Below are positions 24,435 through 35,993 of a stretch of 64,000 nucleotides of DNA, in pieces. Numbering within the stretch: the stretch's first letter is position 1; the number at the start of each line of letters is the position of its first letter. A program made the translations under genes and the position numbers. The stretch covers positions 148,058,001-148,122,000 of the forward strand of contig CM059431.1 in assembly GCA_030390025.1 (NCBI GenBank). The letters are read 5' to 3'. The notes beneath the pieces are model-generated. The model saw nothing but the letters and a program-made list of their open reading frames with translations, was not told the DNA's origin and did not search any database. The DNA is from Squalus acanthias (Eukaryota).

Positions 24435-24725
24435 GGCCTCTTTATCTAAGGAAAGACATACTTGCCTTCGAGGGAGTTCAGCGAAGGTTCACTAGATTGT
24501 TTCCTAGGATGGGGGGATTGTCCTTTGAGGAGAGATTGAGTCGACTCGGCCTATATTCCCTAGAATTTTGAAGAATGAGCGGAGATCTCACTGAAACTTT
24601 TCAAATTCTTACAGGGCTTGACAGAGTAGATACTCAGAAGATATCAGAATCAAAGAATGATACAGTACAGAAGGAGGCCATTCGGCCCATCGAACCTGTG
24701 CCGGCTCTTTGAAAGAGCTATCAGT
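24435..24725. mobile_element. Short CR1 fragments (+ strand ORF2 piece, - strand 3' tail)
   Basis: ctaaggaaagacatacttgcc...cgaaggttcactagattg, followed by agaaggaggccattcggcccatc. Confidence 0.7.
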
Positions 24726-25304
24726 TGACATGTGCTCCTCGATTAATTCAGCTTCCGAAAGTTGTTCATGTTTAGTTCATTCAATATGGGGACAAGTTTT
24801 TGACATCATTGGAGAAAGATAGCGAGAGAGAGAGAGATACAAAATCCACTTAGCAACAGCCAGTGTTGAAGATTGCAGTCGGGTCTTGGGATGGTTTATA
24901 GTATTGCCAGACTGGAAACATCCCACCACACACCATTGCAATTTTTGCGAGAGGATGTTCAAGTACAAGCCGATTGAAGGACGGTACATTGAATGTAAAC
25001 TCCGAATGTTGATGTATGAGAAATGTAAACTTGTGTGCATCGGCTGAAGGACGGTGCTTTTGACCGGAGACTACCCGATAAAGCAAGGCTGCTTCTAGTT
25101 TGATAAAGAGAATAATGTATCAATAGAAGCTGTTTCCTTTGTTCAAGCAGCTTGAGAAGGGACGCAGGCCTCCATTCCAGTGCTCTATCTGTGAATATAC
25201 TCCAGTTGTAAATTGCTTTTTATGCTGAATTAAAGAATAAAATGATATAACCAGAAGACTGAATTCCGTACTGCTCAAGTGGACAACAGAAGGTTGTTTA
25301 AAAC

Positions 25305-27377
25305 AACACAGGGGAGACAGCACCAGAGACAGAGCGGGAGCGGGAGAAGGACGGGGGGAGAGACGGTTGGAGACAGACCGGGAGAGATAGAGAGCGAGAC
25401 AGATGCTGGATGTGGAGACAGAGAGAGAGAGTGACAGACCGGTGGTGGGGAGTGGGGTGCAGGAGGAACGGCGGAGAGACAGACGCTGGATGACATATAG
25501 ACACCCTCAAAGCCTCCTTGAAAAAGTGCAACATTCCCACTGACACCTGGGAATCCCTGGCCCAAGACCACACAAAGTGGATGAGAAGCATCCGGGATGG
25601 AGCCGAACACCTTGATTCTCTTCGCCGGGAGCAAGCAGAAGCCAAGCGTAGGCAGTGCAAGGAGCGCACGTCAACCCAAGCACCCCACCCCACCCGCCCC
25701 CTTCAAACACCTTCTGCCCCACCTGTGACAGAGACTGTAGGTCCCGCAGAGGACTCATCAGTCACCTGAGAACTCATTTTTAACTTGGAAGCAAGTCAAC
25801 CTCGGTTTGGAGGGACTGCCTAAGAAGAAAAGAAGACATATAGAAAGACCGACAGGAGTTGGAAAGAGAGAGAGAGACAGACGGAGGGAACAGACGGTGG
25901 GGGAGAAAGAAGGAGAAAACAAGTGAGTCAGATGGAGAGACAACCGGGGAAGGGAGACAGTGAGAGAGAGAGGGAGAGAGAGAGAGAGACAGACGTGGAA
26001 ACAGACGGGCAGACTGATGCGGAGTCAGAGCGAGAGAGACAATTTGTGTTGAGAAAGACGGAATGAGACAAAGAGAGCGAGATGGAAGGTGGTGGGGGAT
26101 ACAGACGGGGGTGAGATACGGGGGATACAGATGTAGGGAGACACATAGAGCGACAGACGGGGTGAAGACAGAGATTGAGACATACGGAAGGGAGAGTGAG
26201 AGGAGAGACATTAGGGGAGAAGGAAAGAGATCAGACGGGTTTGATACAGCAATGATAGTCAGGCGGAAAGAGAGACGAGGGAGACAGACGGGGAGAGAGA
26301 TGGGGGAGACAGACCAGCGGGGGAGACTGATGGGTGGAGTCCGACGCAAGAGAGGCAGAGAGAGCGGGAGACAGAACCCGGGGCTGGATAAGGATGGGGA
26401 GAGAGATTGATGGAGATAAAGGGAGTACACAGAATGGGGGAGACAGAGAGAGACAGCTGGGGGAGAGACAGACTGTCAAGACAGAGGAAAAGTGACAGAA
26501 TGTGGGGACAGAGAGAGAGAGAGAGAGACAGACTGTGGAGATAGAGATAGAGACCAGGGGAAACTGATGGGGTGGAGACAGACGAGGAGGACTGGTGAGG
26601 GAGTCAGAGAGTAAGAGATAGACTGGGGGAGAGAGATGGGGAGGAGACAGATTGTGGGTGACACAGAGAGAGACAGATGGTGGAGACAGAGAGGAGGAGG
26701 CAGAATGGAAGACAGACGGAAGGGAGACAAAGCGTGAGGGAGATGAGGGACAGACGGGGAGAAAGAAAGAGATCAGATGGGGTTGAGACCGATAGAGATA
26801 GACAGACGGGGATACAGACGGTGGGGGAAGAGAAGGAAAGACAGACCAGCAGGGTAGACTGATGGGGGGAGACAGACGTGGTGAGACAGAGAGAGAGAGA
26901 CAGATAGGGCAGACAGATGGCAGAGAGACAGATAGAGAACAGACGGGGTGATGACACAAAGGGAATGACAGACGTGGTGAGACAGACGCGGGGGAGAGAG
27001 AAAGAGCGAGAGACAGACCCGGGTGGTTCAAGGACGGGGGGAGAGACATTGATGAAGATAGATGGGGTTACACAAACGGGGCAGACAGAGATCGAGACAG
27101 ACGGGGAGAAGGGGAGACAGGCGGGGAAGACGGAGATAGAGAAAGAGACAAACACGAGAGACTGATAAAAAGACAGACTGGGTGATTCAGACGGGGAGAG
27201 AGATGGGTAGACACAGAGAATGATAGACAGATGGGGCGACAAAGAGAGAGACAGACTGACAGGGAGACAGACAGCTCGGCGTCGGATGGGGAGAGAGACG
27301 GGGATAAAGGTGAGGGAGACAGGCGGGGTAGACAGCGAGAGAGAGAAACAAAAGCAGCAGACACAGAAAGAGACAGA
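25305..27377. repeat. GA-rich low-complexity tract
   Basis: Degenerate gagacaga/gacgggg repeats with strong purine strand bias. Confidence 0.85.
25500..25832 (+). mobile_element. RTE-clade LINE 3' fragment
   Basis: TLKASLKKCNIPTDTWESLAQDHTKW, a C-terminal CPTCDRDCRSRRGLISHLRTH zinc finger after a frameshift, and an (AAG)n-like tail. Confidence 0.8.
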
Positions 27378-28340
27378 CTAGGGAGTCACCGTCTCAGAAT
27401 AAGGGATCGGCCATTTCGGACTGAGATGAGGAGAAATTTCTTCACACAGAGGGTGGTGAATCTTTGGAATTATCTATCTAAGTTGGCTGTGGAGGCTCAG
27501 TCGTTGAGTATATTCAAGACAGAGATCGATATATTTTTGAATATTAGGGGTATCAAGGGATATGGGGATAGTGCAGGAAAGTGGAGAGGAGGTAGAAGAT
27601 CAGCCGTGATGTTATTGAATGGCGGAGCAGGCTCGAAGGGCGAAATGACCAACTCCTGCTCCTATTTCTTATGTTCTTATGTTCTTATGAACAAGGGAGA
27701 CAGGTGTGATAAATAATTTGAAATGCGAATGAAATATACTCCTTCACCTCAAGGGGACTGGAATACAAAGGGTTGGCAGTTACCGTACAGTTCTTTGCTC
27801 TCTGGTTACTCCCCATCTGGAGCATTGCGTTCAATTCTAGACACTTCACCTCAGCAAGAATATATTGGTCTCGGAGCGGGTGCAGCGTAGATTTGGCAGA
27901 ATGATACCACGGCTTAGAGGGTTAAATGATGTGGACAGATTGCACGGACTAGGCTTGTATTACCTTGAATATAGAAGTGGAATAAAGGGTGAACTAACGG
28001 AGGATTTGAAGATAATTAAAGGAGTTGATATGTTAGATAGAGAAAGTATCTCCTCTGGTGAGGGAGTCCAGAACAAGGGAACATAAAGTTCAATGTAGAG
28101 CTAGGCAATTCAGGGGTAATGCGGGGCAGCATTTCTTCACACAAAGGTTAGTGGAAATTTGCAACTGAATCTCCCTAAAAAGTTGTTGAAGCTGGAGCTC
28201 AATTGAAAAAGTCAAAACTTAGATTGATAGATTTATGTTCGGCAGGTTATTAAGGGATATAGAGTTAAGATACAGATCAGTCATGATGTAATTGAATTGG
28301 GTACTGGCTGGAGGGGCTGAATGGCCTCCTCCTGTTTCTG
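27378..28340 (+). mobile_element. Two CR1 3' fragments (27378-27690 and an older one at 27740-28340)
   Basis: RPFRTEMRRNFFTQRVVNLWN with a (TTCTTATG) tail, then a degenerate ERVQRRF...FFTQR. Confidence 0.8.
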
Positions 28341-29351
28341 TAAATGTAGACAACTACTTAACATCAGAGGAGGAAGGCAAACAATCCCATCACTGCGCAT
28401 CACCCACACACCCTCTTCTCTGGGTCGTAACCACATGGAAACCTCTTATTATATTCAAGCACATCAAGTGATTGCAACCTCAGTGAAGCCCAAGGGTTTT
28501 GCCAAACACTGTTTCATCAAAGTGAGGCCCCTTTAAGGGAACGGGTCAAACAGTGAGTTCACAGAGCAAGCCTCACCCTCACACTGCGCATCACAGTGAG
28601 ATCAGACATCACAATCAGGTTGTAAACTGGGCAGTTTGAGGCAGGAGGCTGCACAACCAGTTTAAGTGAAGGGAAGGGAACGGCACTGACTGTGACTAAC
28701 TGGCTGATCGATCTAGGAGTGATTGTGATCAGTTGAATATCGAAACCGGTTTACTTTGTGAAGGGAGTGTTAGCAATGGAAATATCGCTCGCCAGCTGAC
28801 ACTCAGAAGGTTGTTGCTGTAGGACGTTTGTTTAGACCTGTACTTCCAGCGACATCATTCCCTGTGGAGGATCAGAGTGATTAACTTAAAATCCGCTGCA
28901 GTGACCGTGCAGATAAAATGGCATAAGACCTGGAAACTTAACTGACGAAGGTCAGAGCATGTGTAGGCAGGGTGTGGGAGAGTGGGAGAAGCTGAGTGTG
29001 GGAAAAAAGTGGTTGGGGCTGGGTGGGGGAGAGTGGTAGGGGCGGGGAGTTTAGGAGGTGCTTGATGGGGTTTGAGTGGAAGTTGCAGGGTGGTGTTAAG
29101 TGGGAGGGTCTGGGTGAGGGACAGTGGGAGAGCCTGGGTGGGGAGAGTGGGAGGGTTGGGGTAGGGTTAGACTGGGGGGGCTGGGTGGAGGCAGAGTGGG
29201 ATGGGTTAGGTGTGGGGAGAGTGTGACGGGCGGGGTGGGTTAGAGTGGGAGGGACTGTGTGGGGAAGAGTGGGAGGGTTTGTGTGTGGTGGGAGGGCCTG
29301 GTTTGGGGAATATTGGGAGGGGCTGTGTGGGGAAGAGTGGGAGGGGCTGGG

Positions 29352-32300
29352 TGTCGTAAGAATGAGCCTTATGCGTGGTGAACTTAAAGTAAGCTTTAAT
29401 CAACTAAAAAGGTGCTACATACAAAAGAGGTCTTACTCTATGCCTCTCCAGGATCCAACTGCTCAGTCCAGTATTTATCCTGGACTAATCACAGGAAGTG
29501 ATGCAATAAAGTTTGAGTCACAGGAAGCTGTATTGTGTTACCACATTCTCCCCCCCCAAAAGATTAGGAGGCCGGGATGCTCCCTCCATTTCGTAGCCGC
29601 CGGACGAGGGAGAGCCGCACCCGTTTGGGTTCTCGTAGCCCGTTTACCCGCCGCGGGCCGTGGACCAGAGTCCGAGTGATCCAGCCCGCTCTGTGAGGGG
29701 TCAGGACGATCCTGACTGTGTACTGGTGCCCGAACGGGTGTCGGGCAGGGCTGTGGCAGATCCGTTTCCGAGCGTATGGTACGGGGTGGATCGTGGCTGC
29801 GCGTGCGAGCCCCGACGGGCTCATAGTCAGTCTGCCCCAGGTCGGCACGCTGGAGTGAGGTATCAGCCGGCGTCAGATCCAGATCGTGATTAGAGGCACC
29901 TGGCGAGCCCAGAGATGTGCCTGGTACAATATCATCCCCTGGTGTCCCTCTATGTTTCGGCGGGCAGGGAGCCAGATCCCGCAATGACACGGTAGATTCC
30001 CGACCGTCAGGATACCGAATATAGGCGTAGGTAGGGTTGACGTCAGTGAGCTCAACCTCATCTACCAGGGGGTCATTCTTAGACGCCCGGACATATCTTC
30101 GGAGTAGCACTGGTCCCGGTGCAGTCAGCCACGACGGGAGAGATATCCCATAGGATGAGCGACGCTGAAATCGGAAGAACCGTTCATGAGGCGTCGTATT
30201 TGTGGCGGTCGAAAGGAGGGACCGTGTGGAGTGTAATGCGTCTGGAAGTACTGCTTCCCATTGCTGGTTGGGTAGGCCCCGAGATCTCAAAGCCAGACGT
30301 ACCGCATTCCAGATGATAGCGTTAAAACGCTCGACTTGCCCATTCCCGACCGGATGATAAGGCGTCGTTCTGCTGGCAGCAATACCCCGTTCCGAGAGAT
30401 AGGCCTTGAGTTCTCCTGACATAAAAGAAGGGCCCCGATCCGAATGAACATAGGATGCCATGCCACAGAAAGCAAATACCTGCTCAAGGCAGCTGATAAC
30501 CGTGGTCGTCAGCATATTGGGGCAGGGAAAGGCAAACGGAAAACGGGAATACTCATCGACCATGGTCAATAGATAAGTGTTGCGAGTTGAAGAGGGCAAC
30601 GGCCCCTTAAAATCGATGCTAAGCCGTTGCATTGGCTGGGTCGCATGTATGAGTATACCACCCGAGGGGCGGAAAAACTGAGGTTTCAATTCCGCACAGA
30701 CTCTGCAGTCCGAGCACATCTTCTTTACATGCCCGGTAGAGAATGGGAGATTTCGGGACCGCACGAAGTGCAGCATGCGAGTAACGCCCGGATGACACAA
30801 CCCATCATGGATGTCTACGAGCGTAGAGGGTGCCATGGCGGAGAAGAATGCTCGTGTGAGGGTATCCGGAGCCACATTCTCCTTGCCAGGTCGATAGTGG
30901 ATGGTGTAACCAAAAGAGGTCAATTCCAGCCGCCAAAGCTGGATTTTATTATTTTTAATTTTGGTCCGTTTTCGATTATCGAGCATGAAGGTGACCGATC
31001 GCTGGTCCGTGATTAAGGTAAAGTGCTGGCGAGCTAGGAGATGAGTCCACTTCCGTACTGCCTCTATGATGGCTGTAGCTTCTTTCTCGACTGGAGGATA
31101 ATGTAGCTCAGCCCCTTGAAAAGTCCTGGACAAAAATGCCACCGGACGACCTTCCTGATTCAGAGTGGCCGAGATCGCCACCTCCGAGGCATCACACTCA
31201 ACAACAAAAGGAAGACTCTCATCGATGGAGTGAAGAGCCGCTTTCTCCAACTGTTTTTTCAGGAGGTTAAAGGCTGCAACAGCCGCTGTGTCTAGTGGGA
31301 ATGTGCTGGCCTTCAGTAGAGGTTGGATTCGGTCCGAGAAGTTAGGAATCCATTTAGCATAGTATGCAAACAGGCCGAGGGCCCGGCGCAAGGAGGCCGG
31401 ATTCTTAGGTGGCGGGAGCTCTTGGAGTGGGCGAAGCCTTTCAGGGTCAGGTTTAATGATGCCATTGCCCACACAATAGCCAAGGATGTTGATGGTTGGT
31501 TGTGACTCAATGGATTTAGCCGCATTTAATGTCAAATTACGGTGCTGGAGTGCATCCCAAAATCGTTGGAGATTGGCGTCATGTTCCCGCTGATTGCGAC
31601 CTGCGACAGTAATATTGTCCAGATAAGGAAACGTATCCTTCAAGTCTTCCTGTTTGACCAGGTCATCCATTGCTCGCTGGAAGACAGCCACTCCATTAGT
31701 GACCCCAAAGGGGAGGCGACGAAATTGATACAGCCGTCCATTGGCTTCAAAGGCCGTATACTGCTTGTCTGAGACCTTCAAGGGTACCTGATGATAGGCA
31801 CTTTTCAGATCATATGTTGAGAACACCGTGTACTCAGCCAGTTTATTAACCATATCATCGATGCGCGGCAATGGGTATGCATCCAAGTCCGTATATTGAT
31901 TGATGGTCTGTGAATAGTCAATGCACAGCCGTTTCTTGTGAGGTTGTAGAGGGTTCTTAACAATAACGACCTGGGCGCGCCATGGCGACGAACAAGGCTC
32001 GATGATATCCTCTGCTAAAAGCCGAGAAATCTCAGCCGCAATAAAAGACTGGTCTTCCTGACTGAAACGTCGTGACTTTGTTATAATCGGTTTGCATCGA
32101 GGAGGGATACTGGTAAACAGTGAGGGTTCATCCAGTGAAGCTGCTGACAATGCACAGAACGGTAATCGAGGTCGTATATTAGAAATAGTGAGTTCAGGTT
32201 TGGATCCGCCGAACTCAATGGTGAGCTTCTTATGCTGCTTTTGAAAATCCAGCCCTAAGATAAGATCACTACATAAGTCCTTGAGCACCGAAAGCCGGGT

Positions 32301-33775
32301 GGAGGGATACCTGTGACCATTAAGTGTTATTTCAACCATACAAAAGCCAGAAATTCTGGTATTAAGTGATGACTGAGCCATCGCAATTGCCTGGTCCGAT
32401 GGGAAAACATGTAGCTTTAACTCTGCAACAATCTGTTCCCTAATGAAACTATCAGTGCTACCTGAGTCAATTAAGGCATCTAAAGTATGTCCATTAATTG
32501 ATGCTTTTGTAGCTGCATGGAATAGGTTCTGAGGACAAGCAGCTGTAATTGGTGTTGTTGCACAAAGAGTGGCTGAAACTCTAGGTGTGTTTCTTCGAGA
32601 GAAAACCCGAGAGGAAGCACGATAGATTTTAGCCGGAACATCTTGATAGGCCCTTACCGGGGCAGTTCGGTAGGACTTAGCTTGATAAGCCCTCGTAGAG
32701 GCTCTTGATAGGCAAACCTTTGCAAAATGACCCTTTTTGTTGCAATGACTGCAAAACGCATTGCGAGCAGGGCAGAATTTCCGAGGGTGAAACTCATCAC
32801 CACAAAAGAAGCATTTCTTAGATTGCCAAGAGGCTGCCACAGTGGGGTCATCATCCTCTTCATCAGTGAAGTCATCAGATTGATCGTCAGGGATAAAGTC
32901 CTCCCTAATAGAGTTCACCTGTGGCCTCTTAAATTGCCTGACTGTAGTTAAGGCAGCAGACCGAGGTCTGGGCACTGTATAAAGGTCTGCATTCCTTTTT
33001 GCCAGATCTAGAGAGCAAGCCATGTCATAAGCTCTCTGAAGCGCAAGTGTCTTACTTTCCAGTAGACGCTGGCGTATAAATGGGGAGGCAAGCCCGCAGA
33101 TGAAAGCATCACGGATCATTTCTTCACGGTACAGCTCAGCTGAGGCCGCCTGAAAGTTACAGTCCATACTAAGTCTGCGAAGCTCTTGGAGGAATTTATC
33201 AATGGATTCCTCCGGCCCTTGTTGGGCTGTAGCTAGTAGATGTCTGGCATAGACCTCATTCGGTGTCTTAGTATATAGTCTTTTAAGCGTCCGAATTGCC
33301 TCCTCGTAACTGCCCCATTCCTCAACATACTGAAATACATTCGGAGTGACACAGTTGATGAGTATCCGCAACTTTGTGTCATCATCAGCCTTGCAATATT
33401 CGAGAAAATTGTCAAACGTGCGATACCAGTGTTTCCACACCTTACCGGCTGCTGGGGTGTTTGGGTCCAAGTCAAGACGCGATGGTTTAAGGATGTTTTC
33501 CATGATGGGTGATTCCCTGGATCCTTAGTTCCGAGTTCGTCCAAAAAGTTTGAGTGCGAAGTTTTTCAAAGTTGATTAAATTGTCGTAAGAATGAGCCTT
33601 ACGCGTGGTGAACTTAAAGTAAGCTTTAATCAACTAAAAAGGTGCTACATACAAAAGAGGTCTTACTCTATGCCTCTCCAGGATCCAACTGCTCAGTCCA
33701 GTATTTATCCTGGACTAATCACAGGAAGTGATGCAATAAAGTTTGAGTCACAGGAAGCTGTATTGTGTTACCACA
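29352..33775 (-). mobile_element. Complete, young Ty3/Gypsy LTR retrotransposon
   Basis: 194-bp LTRs (29352-29545 and 33582-33775) with TG...CA ends and 1 mismatch. 5-bp TSD CTGGG (29347-29351 and 33776-33780). PPT at ~29557-29546. Single long ORF. Confidence 0.97.
29538..33503 (-). CDS. Gag-Pol polyprotein (Gag, 2 CCHC knuckles, protease, RT, RNase H, integrase), 1321 aa
   Basis: CFFCGDEFHPRKFC and CSHCNKKGHFAKVC; LIDSGS; DLKSAYHQ, LPFG, YLDN; CDAS, EKEA, TDQ; H-x4-H...CRVC; IDFKG, HSDRG, QVER. Confidence 0.95.
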   Translation of the reverse strand: MENILKPSRLDLDPNTPAAGKVWKHWYRTFDNFLEYCKADDDTKLRILINCVTPNVFQYVEEWGSYEEAIRTLKRLYTKTPNEVYARHLLATAQQGPEESIDKFLQELRRLSMDCNFQAASAELYREEMIRDAFICGLASPFIRQRLLESKTLALQRAYDMACSLDLAKRNADLYTVPRPRSAALTTVRQFKRPQVNSIREDFIPDDQSDDFTDEEDDDPTVAASWQSKKCFFCGDEFHPRKFCPARNAFCSHCNKKGHFAKVCLSRASTRAYQAKSYRTAPVRAYQDVPAKIYRASSRVFSRRNTPRVSATLCATTPITAACPQNLFHAATKASINGHTLDALIDSGSTDSFIREQIVAELKLHVFPSDQAIAMAQSSLNTRISGFCMVEITLNGHRYPSTRLSVLKDLCSDLILGLDFQKQHKKLTIEFGGSKPELTISNIRPRLPFCALSAASLDEPSLFTSIPPRCKPIITKSRRFSQEDQSFIAAEISRLLAEDIIEPCSSPWRAQVVIVKNPLQPHKKRLCIDYSQTINQYTDLDAYPLPRIDDMVNKLAEYTVFSTYDLKSAYHQVPLKVSDKQYTAFEANGRLYQFRRLPFGVTNGVAVFQRAMDDLVKQEDLKDTFPYLDNITVAGRNQREHDANLQRFWDALQHRNLTLNAAKSIESQPTINILGYCVGNGIIKPDPERLRPLQELPPPKNPASLRRALGLFAYYAKWIPNFSDRIQPLLKASTFPLDTAAVAAFNLLKKQLEKAALHSIDESLPFVVECDASEVAISATLNQEGRPVAFLSRTFQGAELHYPPVEKEATAIIEAVRKWTHLLARQHFTLITDQRSVTFMLDNRKRTKIKNNKIQLWRLELTSFGYTIHYRPGKENVAPDTLTRAFFSAMAPSTLVDIHDGLCHPGVTRMLHFVRSRNLPFSTGHVKKMCSDCRVCAELKPQFFRPSGGILIHATQPMQRLSIDFKGPLPSSTRNTYLLTMVDEYSRFPFAFPCPNMLTTTVISCLEQVFAFCGMASYVHSDRGPSFMSGELKAYLSERGIAASRTTPYHPVGNGQVERFNAIIWNAVRLALRSRGLPNQQWEAVLPDALHSTRSLLSTATNTTPHERFFRFQRRSSYGISLPSWLTAPGPVLLRRYVRASKNDPLVDEVELTDVNPTYAYIRYPDGRESTVSLRDLAPCPPKHRGTPGDDIVPGTSLGSPGASNHDLDLTPADTSLQRADLGQTDYEPVGARTRSHDPPRTIRSETDLPQPCPTPVRAPVHSQDRPDPSQSGLDHSDSGPRPAAGKRATRTQTGAALPRPAATKWREHPGLLIFWGGRMW

Positions 33776-35993
33776 CTGGGTGTTGGAAGAGTGAGAGCGC
33801 CTAGGTGGTGTTAGAGTGGAATTTGATCGGTGGGGTAGAATGGGAGGTGCTGTGTGGGAGGAGTGTGTTGTTGGATGGGTGGGGGCAGAGTTGGAGGGGC
33901 TGGGTAAGTTCAGAATGGGAGGGGCTGGGTGGTGTTAGAGTGGTATAGGATGAGTGGGGGAGAGTGGGAGGTGCTGGGTGGGGGAGAGTGTGATGGGATG
34001 GGTAGGGGAGAGTGGAAGGGTCTGGGTCAGGGTACAGTGGGAGTGGCTGGGTGGGGTAGAGTGTGAGGGGCTGGGTGCGGGGAGTGTACGAAGTGCTGGG
34101 TGGGGTTGAATGGGAGGGGCTGGGTTTGGTTATAATAGGAGGGGCTGGGTGGGATTAGAGTGGGAGGGGCAGCGTATGGTTAGAGAGGGAGGTGCTGGGT
34201 GGGCTAGGAGTGGGAGGGCCTGGGTGGAATTAGAGTGGGAGGGACAACGTGTGTTTAGAGTGGTAGGCTCTGTGCGGGTTTGGTGCGAGAGAGGCTGTTT
34301 GGTGTTGCAGTGGGTGGGGCTGGGTGAGGTTGGAGTTTGAGTGGCAGGGTAGGAAAGGTGGGGGCGCTGGGTTGGGTAGAGTGTTAGGGACTGGGTGAGG
34401 TAGGAGTACATGGGGCTGTGTGGGGTTGGAGTGGGTGGGTATTGTTGGGGTTAGAGTAGAAGGGTTTTTGGTGATGTTGGAGTAGGAGGGGATGGTTGAG
34501 AAAGAGTGGGAGGGGCTGGGTAGGGTTAGATTGGCAGGGTCTGTGCGGGGTTGGAGTGGGAGAGGCTGGGTGGTGTTAGAGAGGCAGGGGTTGGGTGTAG
34601 AAGAGTGGGTAGGACAGGATGTGTGAGGCTGGGAGTGGTTGCGTGTGTTTGGAGTGGGAGTGAATGGTTGAGAAAGAGTGGGAGGTGCTGGGTGGGGTTA
34701 TATTGGCAGGGTCTGTGTGGGGTTGGAGTGGCAGGGGCTGGGTGGTCTTAGAGTGGCAGTGGCTGTGTGTAGGAGAGTGGGTAGGACAGGATGTGTGAGG
34801 CTGGGAGGGGTTGGTTGGGGTTGCAGTAGGCGGGACTGGGTGACGTTAGAGTGGCAGGTGTAAGGTGGGGGCGAGTGGGAGGCGCTGGTCGTGTTAGAAT
34901 GGGAGGGGCTGGTAGATTTAGACTGCAAGAGGCTTGGTGGGGAGAGTGGGAGAGGTTTGCTAGGGAAGAATGGAAGGGTTGGGTGGGGGAGAGTGGGGGG
35001 ACTGGGTGGGGTTAGAGTGGCATGTGCTGTGTGGTAGATAGTGTGTGGGACAGGACGGGGAGGTTGGGAGGGTTGGGTGGGTTTGGATTGGGCGTGGCTT
35101 GGTGGGGGAGAGTGGGAGCGGTTGGCTGGGGGAAGTGAGGGAGTGTCTGGATGGGGGAAATTGGGAGGGGCAGAGTGGAGGAGAGTGGGAGAAGCTGGGG
35201 TGAGATTGGAAGGGGCTGGGTGGGGTTGGAGTAGGAGGGGCTGGGTGGTGTTAGATTGGATGGGGTTGGGTGGGAAAGACTGGGTGGGTTTGGATAAGTA
35301 GAGTGGGTTGGGCTGGGTGGGGTTGGAATGGGAGGGGCTGATTGGTGTTAGAGTGGGAAGGGCTGGGTGTAGGAGATTGTGAGGGGCTGCATTGTGTTGG
35401 AGTGGGAGGGGCTATGAGCGGGAAAGAGTGAGGGGCTAGGTGGGGGAGAATGGTAGGGGCTGGCTGGGGGAACAATGGGAGGGGTTGGGTGTGAGGAGAG
35501 TGGGAGGGGCTTGGTGGGGGAAGAGTTGGAGGGGCTGGTTGAAAGGAGAGTGGGAGGGCTTTTGTGGGGGAGAGGGGAGGGGCTGTGAGGGGCTGAGCGG
35601 GAGGGGCTGGGTGGGTTTAGAGTGGCAGAGGCTGGATGGGGGAGAGTGGGAGTGATTGGATGGGGCAGAGTGGGAGGGACAGGGTGGGGGACAGTGGGAG
35701 TTGCTGGGTGGGGGAGAGTGGGAGGGTCTAGCTGGGGGAAGAGTGGGTGGGGCTGGGTCGGGTTGGAGTGGGATGGGCTGGTTGGGATTATAGTGGGTGG
35801 TGCTGGGCGGAGAAGTGTGGGAGAGCCTGGGTGAAGGAGAGTGGCAGGGGTTGGCTAGGAGCTGGTGAGTGTGGAGGGCAGGGTGGTGGAGGGTGGGCGT
35901 GGCAGGGAGGGAGGAGATTGCGAGGATTTGGATGGGGAGAGTGGGAGGGGCAGGGTGAGGGACTGGGATGGGGCTAGAATGGGAGGGGTTGCA

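Larger units (their letters stand above)
28960..35990 (+). repeat. G-rich degenerate ~24-bp satellite (GGGGGAGAGTGGGAGGGGCTGGGT), interrupted by the Gypsy element
   Basis: Continuous G-run repeats at 28960-29351 and 33776-35990. Confidence 0.85.

Noticed and set aside
24780..25300. Possible coding relic (HHCNFCERMFKY..., + strand)
   Set aside because: Short, interrupted by stops, and I cannot assign it to a family without a search.
25780..27364. Long Ser/Pro/Leu-rich and Arg/Glu-rich ORFs
   Set aside because: By-products of stop-poor GA low-complexity sequence.
33560..33581. Canonical tRNA primer-binding site for the Gypsy element
   Set aside because: No TGG follows the 5' LTR; the sequence is complementary to the LTR instead.
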